A DNA stretch of 64,000 nucleotides, taken from contig CAVSLC010000013.1 in the NCBI GenBank assembly GCA_963728565.1, forward strand, positions 32,001-96,000, written 5' to 3'. The notes beneath the pieces are model-generated. The model did no database searches, was not told the origin of the DNA, and was given only the letters and a program-made list of their open reading frames with translations. Positions 9,442 to 18,975 of this stretch are shown piece by piece. The position numbers were made by a program, and so were the translations under genes. The first letter of the stretch is position 1. Every line of letters starts with the position of its first letter. This DNA is from an uncultured delta proteobacterium (GTDB taxonomy: Bacteria; Desulfobacterota; Binatia; UBA9968).

Positions 9442-10858
9442 ACTTTGGCGACCGTGGCGAGATGAGCCTATCGTGTTGAACCGTTTCGCAAATCTCTCGG
9501 CCGAGCCGCTGTTTCGCTATGCGGCAGCTTTGTTTATTTTTTCTCTTACGGTCAATATGGTTTGTTTTAATTGGGCTGAAGCGCCGGTTATTTACCCCGA
9601 CAGCCATGGCTACATCAAGCCCGCGGTGCAGTTGAAACAGGGCCGGCTTCCAGACTTCTCTCTGCGCTCACCTACCTATCCGGTGTATCTCGGTGTCATG
9701 GGTCTCATAGGCAAATTCGCGAATGGCGCGCCGCTAAAGCTCGCCGTCTACGGCCAAATCGTTCTCGGAGCCATCGCCATTCTCCTGTTGTATCTTATCT
9801 GTTTCAAATTGCTTGGAAGAGAGTGGCTGGCTTTCGGTGTTAGCGCGTTGCTGGCTTTGAATTTCCAAGTTATCAACTACCAGTCCGTTGTCCTAACCGA
9901 GACTCTCGCGACGACGCTGGTTATGGCGGTGCTCTATACTCATATCGCCGCGCTGGAAAAAATAAACACGCTGAAGCGCTTGGGCGGAATAGTGATCGTG
10001 GATTCGCTTCTGGTGATGCTTAAGCCAAATTTTATTCTTCTCCCGGCGAGCCTCTACGCCATACACATCCTGTATCTCGTTGCCACTTCGAGAAGCACTG
10101 CACCGCGCTTAGACTCTGCGAGTTCCTCCATCCCCTTTCTGGCACTCGGCATTTCGTGCAACCTGGCTCTAATCGCCATATGGGCGGCATTTTATTATCT
10201 ACAAACAGGGTACCCCGGTCTGTCGCGGACCTCTGACTACAACCTACTTGGAAAGGCCATCCAGTATGGCTATCTAGATCAGGATTATACCGACCCGCCG
10301 AAGATAGCCGAGCGGGCACTGGAGATCTACCGCCAAGTCGAGCGCAATCACGATCCGTACAGCGTGATCAACCGACTCGGCAGTGAAGGGCTCTACTCAA
10401 TGAAGAATCTGCGCAGCATCAATTCTTATTTCCTTGCCGGGCGCAGCGCCGACTTCGGGATCAAGACGGCGTACTTGCTGCCGGCGGTGTTGAACAAACA
10501 ATCGCATTTCTATTACGGCAGGGCGAACCGCTCTTACCACAATCTCTGGTTTCGCGGCTTTGATCTGCTCAACACATTGAATGGTAAAGCTCTTGTTTTT
10601 GCCACCGGCCTGGCTTTTTACCTTTTGATGAAGAAGAGACGCGAGCCGCTTATGGCGTTGATCATGATACTTAGCACGGTCCTGTACCACCTGCTTACGA
10701 TCACGGCTTTCGGCTACAGCGAATATCCCAGATTGCGCAGCCCGATTGATTTGCTTCTTAACGTCTTGGTTCTGCTGCCTTTGTTGCTCTTCACCTTGTA
10801 TGCTAGCGGGCGCGTGCAGAGGCGGCAGGCGGCACGATTGCATGAGCCAATCCGCTGA
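9407..10858 (+). CDS. Multi-pass membrane protein, GT-C (ArnT/PMT-like) glycosyltransferase-like
   Basis: PDS.GY...A, R.P.YP, VLTETL, KPN and R.R.P motifs with many hydrophobic helices. Start uncertain (GTG 9473 possible). Confidence 0.6.
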   Translation: MKDCCRTRQVIELWRPWRDEPIVLNRFANLSAEPLFRYAAALFIFSLTVNMVCFNWAEAPVIYPDSHGYIKPAVQLKQGRLPDFSLRSPTYPVYLGVMGLIGKFANGAPLKLAVYGQIVLGAIAILLLYLICFKLLGREWLAFGVSALLALNFQVINYQSVVLTETLATTLVMAVLYTHIAALEKINTLKRLGGIVIVDSLLVMLKPNFILLPASLYAIHILYLVATSRSTAPRLDSASSSIPFLALGISCNLALIAIWAAFYYLQTGYPGLSRTSDYNLLGKAIQYGYLDQDYTDPPKIAERALEIYRQVERNHDPYSVINRLGSEGLYSMKNLRSINSYFLAGRSADFGIKTAYLLPAVLNKQSHFYYGRANRSYHNLWFRGFDLLNTLNGKALVFATGLAFYLLMKKRREPLMALIMILSTVLYHLLTITAFGYSEYPRLRSPIDLLLNVLVLLPLLLFTLYASGRVQRRQAARLHEPIR

Positions 10859-12314
10859 GTGCAAGACAGTGCTCATGCCGGTAATAAAAAGACGCTTTCC
10901 CTATCCCTACAAAGCTTTATTAGCGATTTCCGCTGATGTCGATTCAACCTCTCCATGGAAGTTTATCAGGATTCATCGATTCCTTAATACTCTCACGCCC
11001 GCGATCCCGTACTATGGCAATGGCGTCGGGCTGGACATAGGCGATAGCTTTTTCTTCAAAAACATTTCGAACAATGGGCTCAGCGTGTACGACGCCTGTT
11101 ATCGATACAAGAATGAAAATGCCTGGGCCGATGAATTTGGCGGCGTGGCTGCGCGGGACATGGACCCGAAAAATGCTCGAGACCGGATCAGCGGCAGACT
11201 GGTTTTCGAGGCAGGCCCCAAGTTCGTCGAAAAATATATTCGCTGTGGGTGGATCGATGTTCTGCATGGCGGCGATGGAAACTGGGGCGAGTTCGCCTTC
11301 AAGCGGCAAGCTACCGACTGGCGCAGAGCAGATGGGCAACATTATGCGGAATGGATTGGGCAGAGGGGACTGAAAATAGATACCTACACTAACCACTCTG
11401 AGGTGACATCTGACTTTGGCGTTCCTTGTCAGGCATCTACCAAGGCAAAACCGCGATCTATGGGCGACCTCCCTTGCTCGCCTGCATACTGGGCCGATTA
11501 TGCGCGCCAATCAGGCATCAAGTTCTATTGGTCCTATATGCCCAGCCCGGCGGCCGCTTGGCGCACGACATTCGGCCAGGATAGCATGCTAGTACCCTCA
11601 ACCTTTCGGGATGGCAGTAAGTTCTGGCATTTTAGCCGATACTCCAGCGGCAAACCCTATGCAGACACCATAGAATCTATTCTCAATTCTCCTAATCTCG
11701 ATTCTCTTGTTGAAGGCGGAAAATTTGAAATAGCCTATACTCATTTCGGCTATTGGAGTCACGTCGCTAATCAGAGCGCTCGGCTCGCTTACTTGTACCG
11801 GCTGGTAAGATTTCTGCGATCCAAGGGACAGGCTCTCCTCTCAGCGACCAATATAGCATGGCATTCTTTGGTTCGACCGCTTGGCGCTCATCCAGAACTG
11901 GGAGTGACCAGTATTAGCTCCTTTAGACTTTTGAAGTCCTACCAAGACCAGGGAAAGATTCTGGTGGCGAAGACTTCAAGACTATTGCGCTACAATCTGG
12001 CGCTGGAGTATTTGGATTTTGACTCAACTCAACTGAATGGAGGGATCATCATAGATATAAAAGCAATCCGAGATACGCAGTTCGGCGCCTTTACTCCGAC
12101 GCTACGAGATCTTCGCGGGATTACTTTTTACGTTCCGGATCCCTATAGAGCCGAGATCCGACTAAGCGGTGCGATACTCTCGAATGCAGAGATTCAACGC
12201 AACCCTGCGGACCAGACCGGAAAGGCAAGCATCGGCATCAAGTGGTTTCAGGCCGATCTGAACGACTACACAACCTGGGGCCCGCAGGACGTCGAGCGTA
12301 GCTTCTCGCCTTAG
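10842..12314 (+). CDS. Hypothetical protein, possibly polysaccharide-deacetylase-like barrel
   Basis: Long ORF coupled into the operon, with FPYPYKALLAISADVD, IDVLHG, YTNHS and YTHFG motifs. Fold is inferred. Confidence 0.55.
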   Translation: MSQSAECKTVLMPVIKRRFPYPYKALLAISADVDSTSPWKFIRIHRFLNTLTPAIPYYGNGVGLDIGDSFFFKNISNNGLSVYDACYRYKNENAWADEFGGVAARDMDPKNARDRISGRLVFEAGPKFVEKYIRCGWIDVLHGGDGNWGEFAFKRQATDWRRADGQHYAEWIGQRGLKIDTYTNHSEVTSDFGVPCQASTKAKPRSMGDLPCSPAYWADYARQSGIKFYWSYMPSPAAAWRTTFGQDSMLVPSTFRDGSKFWHFSRYSSGKPYADTIESILNSPNLDSLVEGGKFEIAYTHFGYWSHVANQSARLAYLYRLVRFLRSKGQALLSATNIAWHSLVRPLGAHPELGVTSISSFRLLKSYQDQGKILVAKTSRLLRYNLALEYLDFDSTQLNGGIIIDIKAIRDTQFGAFTPTLRDLRGITFYVPDPYRAEIRLSGAILSNAEIQRNPADQTGKASIGIKWFQADLNDYTTWGPQDVERSFSP

Positions 12315-12335
12315 CTCGGTACGGTGACAAAAGCT

Positions 12336-13175
12336 ATGCACACTTACGCGCAAACCAATGTTCAGCTCTTCAATCAACTCCGATCGGAAGGGTACTCAAA
12401 GGGAGAGCGCGCGCTCATCTCGGACACGTACGAATTCGGGATGCGCATTTTCCCCGGTCTCTATTTGGCTTCCGGCAAACCCTTCATTGACCATCTCGTT
12501 GGCACTACCAGTATTCTTGCATCACTCCATGCGCCGGTCGAGGTGCTGGCTGCAAGCCTGATCCACGCCGCCTATCTTCACGGTGATTTCGGTTCCGTCA
12601 GAAAGGGCGTTTCGAACATCAAACGTGAGCAAGTCAGAGCGGCGGTGGGCGAACAAATCGAGGAGTACATATTCCGTTATGATCGTCTGCCTCTTGGGCT
12701 GCGAAGAATGTCCGCTCTTCAAGATCGGTTGGATGACTTCGATGCCGTCGATCGGACCGTGCTACTGATGCGGCTGGCGAACGAGCTCGAGCATTATCTG
12801 GATTTAGGAGCCTTGTATTTTCCCGGCGAGAGGCAGCAAAGAGGATGTCAGCGTTATATGGAAGCCTACGGTGTTCTCCTCGTGTCGACGGCGGAGCGGT
12901 TGCGCTATCTTTCTCTGGCAGCCCAAATGAGAGTGGTATTCGGTAAAATTGCCGCGGTTGAGCCTCCTCTGGAACCGTGCGTCCGATGCAAGGAGCCAAA
13001 CGCCTACCTGATTACACCGGGCTCCTACTGCCAACGGTTTTCTGTCGCGTCATGGCGAAAGCTGTCCGTAGCATACGGATTGAGCTTTCGCATGCTGAGC
13101 CGGCCGAAGCGATTGTGCGGCAGAGTCTTTAGATTCATTCGCAATAAAACGCAATCACTTTCGCGAGCCGCCTGA
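12336..13175 (+). CDS. HD-like domain protein (RelA/SpoT-hydrolase-like fold, degenerate)
   Basis: YAQTN.QLFNQL start; SGKPFIDHLVGT.SIL...AASLIHAAY. Confidence 0.65.
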   Translation: MHTYAQTNVQLFNQLRSEGYSKGERALISDTYEFGMRIFPGLYLASGKPFIDHLVGTTSILASLHAPVEVLAASLIHAAYLHGDFGSVRKGVSNIKREQVRAAVGEQIEEYIFRYDRLPLGLRRMSALQDRLDDFDAVDRTVLLMRLANELEHYLDLGALYFPGERQQRGCQRYMEAYGVLLVSTAERLRYLSLAAQMRVVFGKIAAVEPPLEPCVRCKEPNAYLITPGSYCQRFSVASWRKLSVAYGLSFRMLSRPKRLCGRVFRFIRNKTQSLSRAA

Positions 13176-13199
13176 TCCTTTGCCGGGTGAGAAAAAGCC

Positions 13200-14915
13200 A
13201 TGCACCCCTACGCTCAGACCAACCTCCAGCTCTTTAACCAGCTTCGCGGCGACGGCTACTCAAGAACAGATCTCGGCCTTGTTCGTGATGCCTATGAGCT
13301 GGCGATGGTGTTTTTTTCGGGTCGCTTTCAGGCCTCCGGTAAATCCTTCATAGCTCACGTGGTGGGGACCGCCAGCATTCTCGCTTCGCTGAGGTTGCCC
13401 GCCCCCATCGTGGCGGCGGGGCTACTTCATAATATTTATGAGAACGGGGATTTCAGCGACGGCCGCAATGGTATTTCGAAATCCCGACGCCGCAAGATTC
13501 GAAACGTTTTGGGCGCGGAAGTTGAAACCTACATTGCTAAATTTCCGGCGTTATATTGGGAACCGCTGACAACACAGCTTGCCCGTCGCCATCCCGACAA
13601 GATCGATTCGACCGTCCGGGCGGTTCTCTTGATCTTGTTCGCGGAACATTTGGAGCATCTCCTGGATTTGGATGCTCTTTATGGCGCTGATCGGGTCGCG
13701 CGTTCCTTTATCGATCGCAGTAAAGATGCAGCGGAGATCGCCGACGCGCTAGGCGTGCCCCAGCTTGCCGCTGAACTGCGCGCAGCAATTCGGGAGACGC
13801 AAGCCGGCAAGCTGCTCGTGGAGCCTGTCGAAAATCGTCGCCGAGAGGACTCCTTTGTTGTAGTGCCCCGGTCCTGCCGGAAACGACTCCGGGCAGCGCT
13901 GCGTTCCGGGGCCTACCATCTCCGTCGAAACTTTGAAAGGCGGGCCAAGCTTATTCACCGGAAATCGCCAGACTTCATCAAAAAGACCATCGGATGGATT
14001 GCACGACGACCATCACCGGCAGCCGGCCTGGAAATCAAATCGGAAGCACTTCGTCGACTCTTTCCCGAGGGTGCAACTCCGGAGCGAATCGCAACGGGCT
14101 TTAGGTTTACCGAAGGCCCGGTTTGGATCGCTGAGGAAAAAAAGCTTCTCTTCAGCGACATTCCCGCCGATCGTATCATCGCAATAACGACCGATGGGCG
14201 GGTAGCGACATACAGAAAATCTAGCGGCAACTCTAACGGGTTGACTCGAGATGAAAAAGGGCGGTTGATCGCCTGCGAACATGGCAATCGTCGGCTGACA
14301 CGAACGGACCAAGACGGTACTATCGAAATTCTGGCCGACACATTCCATGGTAAGAAGCTCAATAGCCCGAACGACGTCGTCGTAAAATCCGATGGTGCCA
14401 TATACTTCACCGATCCGGCCTATGGTATCGAGCTCGAACATCAAGAACAGCCCGTTCAAGGTGTCTATCATCTCTCGCCTGATGGACCGGAACTCTCGTT
14501 GGTCGCCGATGATTTCGCCCGACCTAACGGGCTAGCGTTTTCGCCCGATGAAAAAAAACTTTACATCGACGACTCGCAACGCCGTCATATCCGAGTTTTC
14601 GATGTTGAGCCGGACGGAACGCTCTCCGGCGGTTCTGTATTTTGTGATATGAATGTAAGCGATCCGGGCTCACCCGACGGAATGAAAGTGGATGTCGCCG
14701 GCCATGTCTACTGCACAGGGGCGGGAGGGGTCTGGGTTTTCGATAGCGATGGCAAACACCTGGGTACGCTGATGACCCCCGAGAAGCCGTCGAATTGTGC
14801 TTGGGGTAACGAAGATTGGCGAACTCTCTTTATTACCGCGGGAACTTCAGTTTACAAAGTACGTGTCAATACTCCGGGGATCCCGGTGCAGCCTAAATTG
14901 GGCAGAACTGGTTAA
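13200..14915 (+). CDS. HD-like domain fused to SMP-30/gluconolactonase domain
   Basis: N-terminal part is paralogous to 12336-13175. C-terminal part has FTEGPVW, LNSPND, PNGLAFSPD and PDGMKVD beta-propeller motifs. Confidence 0.8.
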   Translation: MHPYAQTNLQLFNQLRGDGYSRTDLGLVRDAYELAMVFFSGRFQASGKSFIAHVVGTASILASLRLPAPIVAAGLLHNIYENGDFSDGRNGISKSRRRKIRNVLGAEVETYIAKFPALYWEPLTTQLARRHPDKIDSTVRAVLLILFAEHLEHLLDLDALYGADRVARSFIDRSKDAAEIADALGVPQLAAELRAAIRETQAGKLLVEPVENRRREDSFVVVPRSCRKRLRAALRSGAYHLRRNFERRAKLIHRKSPDFIKKTIGWIARRPSPAAGLEIKSEALRRLFPEGATPERIATGFRFTEGPVWIAEEKKLLFSDIPADRIIAITTDGRVATYRKSSGNSNGLTRDEKGRLIACEHGNRRLTRTDQDGTIEILADTFHGKKLNSPNDVVVKSDGAIYFTDPAYGIELEHQEQPVQGVYHLSPDGPELSLVADDFARPNGLAFSPDEKKLYIDDSQRRHIRVFDVEPDGTLSGGSVFCDMNVSDPGSPDGMKVDVAGHVYCTGAGGVWVFDSDGKHLGTLMTPEKPSNCAWGNEDWRTLFITAGTSVYKVRVNTPGIPVQPKLGRTG

Positions 14916-14916
14916 T

Positions 14917-16167
14917 ATGGTGGATACATCCTCGTCATCTCCCGCTTTATCGAATGCTCTATCATTCCTTCTCCCAACATCGGAGGAGACTCTGTTGCTA
15001 CGGATTTGTCTGTCTGCTCGCGAAGCAGCTCGAGACGCCTGGACTGAGTGGCGCAACCAGAGAGATAGGTCCGGCAAGGCCCTTCTCAAAAACAGGTCCG
15101 TCAAGAAGCTCAGACCGCTGCTGTTCAATGCCGTAAAGTCCCATAGCCTTGAAATCGATAAAGAAGCCCTCACTTACCTGAGGACGGCCTATCTGAAAGA
15201 AGAGCTGCGAAACGCCGCTGTTCGCCGCATCTGCTGTGAAGTTCTTCTGATGCTCGAGAAGGAGAGACTTGCACCAATCGTTCTCAAAGGCGCCGCGCTG
15301 GCGGAAACAGTCTACAGTAATCCGGTGCTGCGGCATTGCCATGACATCGATATTCTTCTGCCGGACGAGGAGTTGAGCCGACCCGCGGGTTTTTTGCCCT
15401 CCCTCGGTTTTCGAGTTTGTGCCGCGCCCAACTCGCACAGCCGTCATCTGAAGATGGTTCAGGGGTCCGGACTCCCTCTCGAATTTCATGGCCGACTATT
15501 GGATGTGCCATACTATCAGATGCCGATCTCGGAAATCCGGTCGCGCTGCAGGAGCCAAGTTATCGCTAGCGTCAATTCGCACATTCTAAATCCGGCCGAC
15601 AGTCTTCTCCATGTCTGTGGTCATGCCTCTTACTCGGGTAGGCGTCAATCCTTGCGCTGGGTTACCGATGCTTGGTTTATCATAGACCGGCATCCCGACC
15701 TCGAGTGGAATGAACTATTAAATTCCATTCAGCGGAGCCATCTGGCCTTGCCGATGTCCGTGATGCTCGGGTATTTGGCAGGAACCCTCGAGGCGCCGAT
15801 CCCATCAAGTTTTCTCACTCGTCTTTCAGCCGCTGCTTCACAGTCAGACGCAATCGAGCGGCAGCTTGCGTTGCGTGGAACACGATCGGATGGACAAAGA
15901 AGCCTTCGCGAATTATTCCGCAAGACAACTAATTGGCGCGAACGACTGTTTGTCGTTCAATGGCTGCTGTTTCCATCGCCTGGTTACCTCTCTTGGGTGG
16001 ACCAAATTCATCCTTGGCTCTTACCCTTCCATTACCTGTACCGCCCGCTGCGCTATGCGGCAGGCCGCCTACAGTCAAGCCTCAAAGGCGCGGCGCGAGC
16101 CGCCCAATTTCACATCGAACGATTATTTCTTCGCCACGGGCGCCGGAAATTTCGCCCATTCAGTTGA
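14917..16167 (+). CDS. Nucleotidyltransferase family protein (NTP_transf_5-like)
   Basis: VLKGAALAETVY..PVLR..HDIDILL, LEFH and LLHVCGHA...LRW..D motifs. ATG lies just after the upstream TAA. Confidence 0.8.
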   Translation: MVDTSSSSPALSNALSFLLPTSEETLLLRICLSAREAARDAWTEWRNQRDRSGKALLKNRSVKKLRPLLFNAVKSHSLEIDKEALTYLRTAYLKEELRNAAVRRICCEVLLMLEKERLAPIVLKGAALAETVYSNPVLRHCHDIDILLPDEELSRPAGFLPSLGFRVCAAPNSHSRHLKMVQGSGLPLEFHGRLLDVPYYQMPISEIRSRCRSQVIASVNSHILNPADSLLHVCGHASYSGRRQSLRWVTDAWFIIDRHPDLEWNELLNSIQRSHLALPMSVMLGYLAGTLEAPIPSSFLTRLSAAASQSDAIERQLALRGTRSDGQRSLRELFRKTTNWRERLFVVQWLLFPSPGYLSWVDQIHPWLLPFHYLYRPLRYAAGRLQSSLKGAARAAQFHIERLFLRHGRRKFRPFS

Positions 16168-16473
16168 TCTTCCACCATGCTGAAGAAAGCCGTTATAATG
16201 ACGAAGGGATTTATGATTGATTTATCGATTTTATCTGTCCGGGAAAGTGCCAGAATTGAAGGACAACTATCATGGATAGAGTCATTTTCGAGCAGTGTTT
16301 GGCGCAGTTGCTGCCGTGATTGACTGACTGCAGTTTCATCAGGGCTAGGATCAATGGACCAAGATTTGGAAAGCTCTTTGCTACAGATTGCTATTTTCGG
16401 GAACGTTGATATCTATCAAGCCCGGATGGCGGGCAGGTACGCCGGCACATGATCGTTGTACGACTGAGCTCTC

Positions 16474-17685
16474 ATGAATCTTACGTATAAAGAGCATTTC
16501 GGCCTCAGACAAGAACCGTTCAATATCACCGCCGACCCGGCTTTTCTCTATCTGAGCAGAAGCCATCGTGAGGCTCTGGCGCAACTCTCATATGGCATCA
16601 AAGCCCGTAAAGGCTTTGTCGTTTTAACAGGCGAGGTTGGCACCGGCAAAACCACTCTTATCAACGGCCTGCTGGACGAACTCGATAGCGATACCCAAAC
16701 CGCTCTCATCTTTAGTCACATCGCCAACCCATTTGATCTTCTCCGTTACACCTGTAACGAGTTCGGTCTTAGATCGCCGCAGCACTCGCGCAATGATTTC
16801 TACGAGTACCTGGCTCTGCTCAATGATTATTTGTTTGAAAGTTACCGTTCTGGCAAAAACTGCGCACTGATCATCGATGAAGCACAGAATCTCTCACCAG
16901 AAGTTTTGGAAAGCGTGCGGTTATTGTCAAACTTTGAGACCTCCAAGGACAAGCTATTGCAGATTCTCCTTGTCGGACAGCCGGAATTATCCGACCGCCT
17001 TAACTCCCAGGAACTGCGGCAGCTCAAACAGCGGGTAACTGTGCGTTACCAGTTGCGTTCTCTGACCTTGAAAGAATGCCAAGCATATATCTCCAGTAGA
17101 TTACAAGTGGCGGGTGGCGACCCGCTGCTTTTCACGCCTAAAGCCGTGGAGGTTGTTTACGCATGCTCACAAGGAATTCCCAGAGTGATCAATGTGATCT
17201 GTGATGGCGCGCTGATGACAGCGTACGGTTTAAGAAAGACCTACATCGATGATTCGTTAATCCGGCAAGTTGCGGAAGATCTTCAAATAGGGGGTACGGT
17301 CTTCTCGGGCGAGAAGATTACGAGGGAAACGACTAATTCAACGCCGCCGATAAGGAGGGAGATACCATCACAGCCTCAGGAGGTTTCTGAGCCGAGTTTG
17401 CAACAGCCGTCCGTGAAACCATTAAAATCCGCGGCAACACGGAGCGGCGTTGTACCTCGTATAATCTTGGACGAACTAAGTTTGATACTCGTGGATGCCA
17501 TGGGGCCAATGGCATCGATCGTATTGAAGGATCGAGTGGCTAGTCTCGGGGAATCTCTCGATCGATTTCCGGAGGAAAAGCTAAAAGGACTGATCGAGCT
17601 TGTCAGTAATGAGATATTGGATCCATCGATGCGGCAAGATTTTAAGAACCTTGTTCAGGAACGCGTCATGCCGCGGGTCGATTAG
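16474..17685 (+). CDS. ExeA/GspA-like AAA ATPase with small C-terminal helical domain
   Basis: Y..HFGL...PF, GEVGTGKTT, IIDEAQNL, LVGQPEL and G.PR.IN..CD motifs. Confidence 0.88.
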   Translation: MNLTYKEHFGLRQEPFNITADPAFLYLSRSHREALAQLSYGIKARKGFVVLTGEVGTGKTTLINGLLDELDSDTQTALIFSHIANPFDLLRYTCNEFGLRSPQHSRNDFYEYLALLNDYLFESYRSGKNCALIIDEAQNLSPEVLESVRLLSNFETSKDKLLQILLVGQPELSDRLNSQELRQLKQRVTVRYQLRSLTLKECQAYISSRLQVAGGDPLLFTPKAVEVVYACSQGIPRVINVICDGALMTAYGLRKTYIDDSLIRQVAEDLQIGGTVFSGEKITRETTNSTPPIRREIPSQPQEVSEPSLQQPSVKPLKSAATRSGVVPRIILDELSLILVDAMGPMASIVLKDRVASLGESLDRFPEEKLKGLIELVSNEILDPSMRQDFKNLVQERVMPRVD

Positions 17686-17924
17686 ATTAGCATCAGGCCA
17701 CAACCCCCCGCCCGTCTGTCATTGTCTCAAACATAAGAACTACATCTTCTCATCGCCTTGGTAATGGGCCTGCCATATTCCTCCCCGCTACCCGAATTCC
17801 TGCCGGCGCTGTCCCGGTAATTAAGCCTGCCCTTGCGCTCTGCCCGATATATGTTTCGCCGCTTACCGGATTACTATCGGATCGCACAGTACGCTCCACA
17901 CTCGTATGCATTCACAGTGATGCC

Positions 17925-17933
17925 TGCTATAAT
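17925..17933 (+). promoter_or_regulatory. Extended -10 sigma70-type promoter candidate
   Basis: TGCTATAAT about 58 nt upstream of the epimerase ATG. Confidence 0.5.
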
Positions 17934-17990
17934 TCTTCTCATTCAGTAAATCTTAGGCTCGACTGACATCAAGCAAACGGCGGTTAAGGC

Positions 17991-18932
17991 ATGGCAGATC
18001 GTTACCTCATCACTGGCGGTGCGGGTTTTATTGGCTCTCATTTAGTGAAGCATGTTCTCGGTGCCGGCGGCGCCGTGCGGGTTGTGGATAATCTGTCCAC
18101 CGGCTCCGCTAAGCGACTCAATCAGATCCGTGACTCGGTGCAATTCGTGACGGGTGATTTGGCCGATAATTCCGTTGCTGCAGAAGTTGTCAAGGACGTG
18201 GACTATGTTTTACATCAGGCCGCCGTTCCATCTGTGCAGCGATCCGTTGTCGATCCAGTCGGTACCAACCGGTCCAATGTTACAGCCACTCTAAATCTCC
18301 TGGAAAACTCTCGGAAGGCGGGAGTTCGCCGCTTCGTCTATGCCGCTTCCTCTTCAGCTTACGGGGACACTGAGGTTCTGCCGAAAAGCGAAGAAATGCC
18401 GGCGAATCCACTTTCGCCCTATGCGTTACAGAAATGGGTAGGGGAGCGTTATTGCAAACTCTATCATGAACTTTATGGTCTCGAGACTGTCAGCCTGAGG
18501 TACTTCAACGTCTTCGGTCCCGGGCAAGATCCTTACTCAGAATATTCGGCTGTGATTCCCAAGTTTACTACCAAGCTCTTAGCTAAAGAGCCTATCACCG
18601 TCTATGGAGACGGTGAGCAGTCACGGGATTTCACCTACATCGATAATGTTATCCAAGCCAACTTGCTTGCGTTGCGCGCGCCGAATGCACCTGGGGAAGT
18701 TTGCAACATCGGCTGCGGCCAGCGCCTTAGCCTAAATCAGCTAATTCAAATTCTGGAAAAACTTCTGAAAGTTCGGGCGCAGGTCACTTACGCTCCGGCT
18801 AAGCCGGGCGATGTGCGTCATTCCTTGGCGGACATCACCAAGGCCACACGGGTCCTCGGATACGTTCCGGAAACCGAAATAGAGGAAGGACTAAGGAGAA
18901 CAGTCGAAGCACTCGTGAAATCCAACGACTGA
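17991..18932 (+). CDS. NAD-dependent nucleotide-sugar epimerase (WbpP-like extended SDR)
   Basis: TGGAGFIGSH, HQAA.PSV.RS, SPYALQK (YxxxK) and LRYFNVFGP motifs. Confidence 0.9.
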   Translation: MADRYLITGGAGFIGSHLVKHVLGAGGAVRVVDNLSTGSAKRLNQIRDSVQFVTGDLADNSVAAEVVKDVDYVLHQAAVPSVQRSVVDPVGTNRSNVTATLNLLENSRKAGVRRFVYAASSSAYGDTEVLPKSEEMPANPLSPYALQKWVGERYCKLYHELYGLETVSLRYFNVFGPGQDPYSEYSAVIPKFTTKLLAKEPITVYGDGEQSRDFTYIDNVIQANLLALRAPNAPGEVCNIGCGQRLSLNQLIQILEKLLKVRAQVTYAPAKPGDVRHSLADITKATRVLGYVPETEIEEGLRRTVEALVKSND

Positions 18933-18975
18933 TGTGAGCGATCGCTCAACAACACTCAGGGGATCGTGTTTAATC

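Noticed and set aside
13173-13200. Possible UGA read-through joining the two in-frame HD-like genes
   Set aside because: There are two TGAs in the gap, no catalytic Cys context, and the second gene has its own paralogous ATG start.
853-16473. RiPP precursor peptide in the operon's intergenic gaps
   Set aside because: I found no short ORF with an SD and a lasso-type leader in the gaps.
17976-17990. GGCGGTTA as an ops element
   Set aside because: It mismatches GGCGGTAG and precedes a single short gene.
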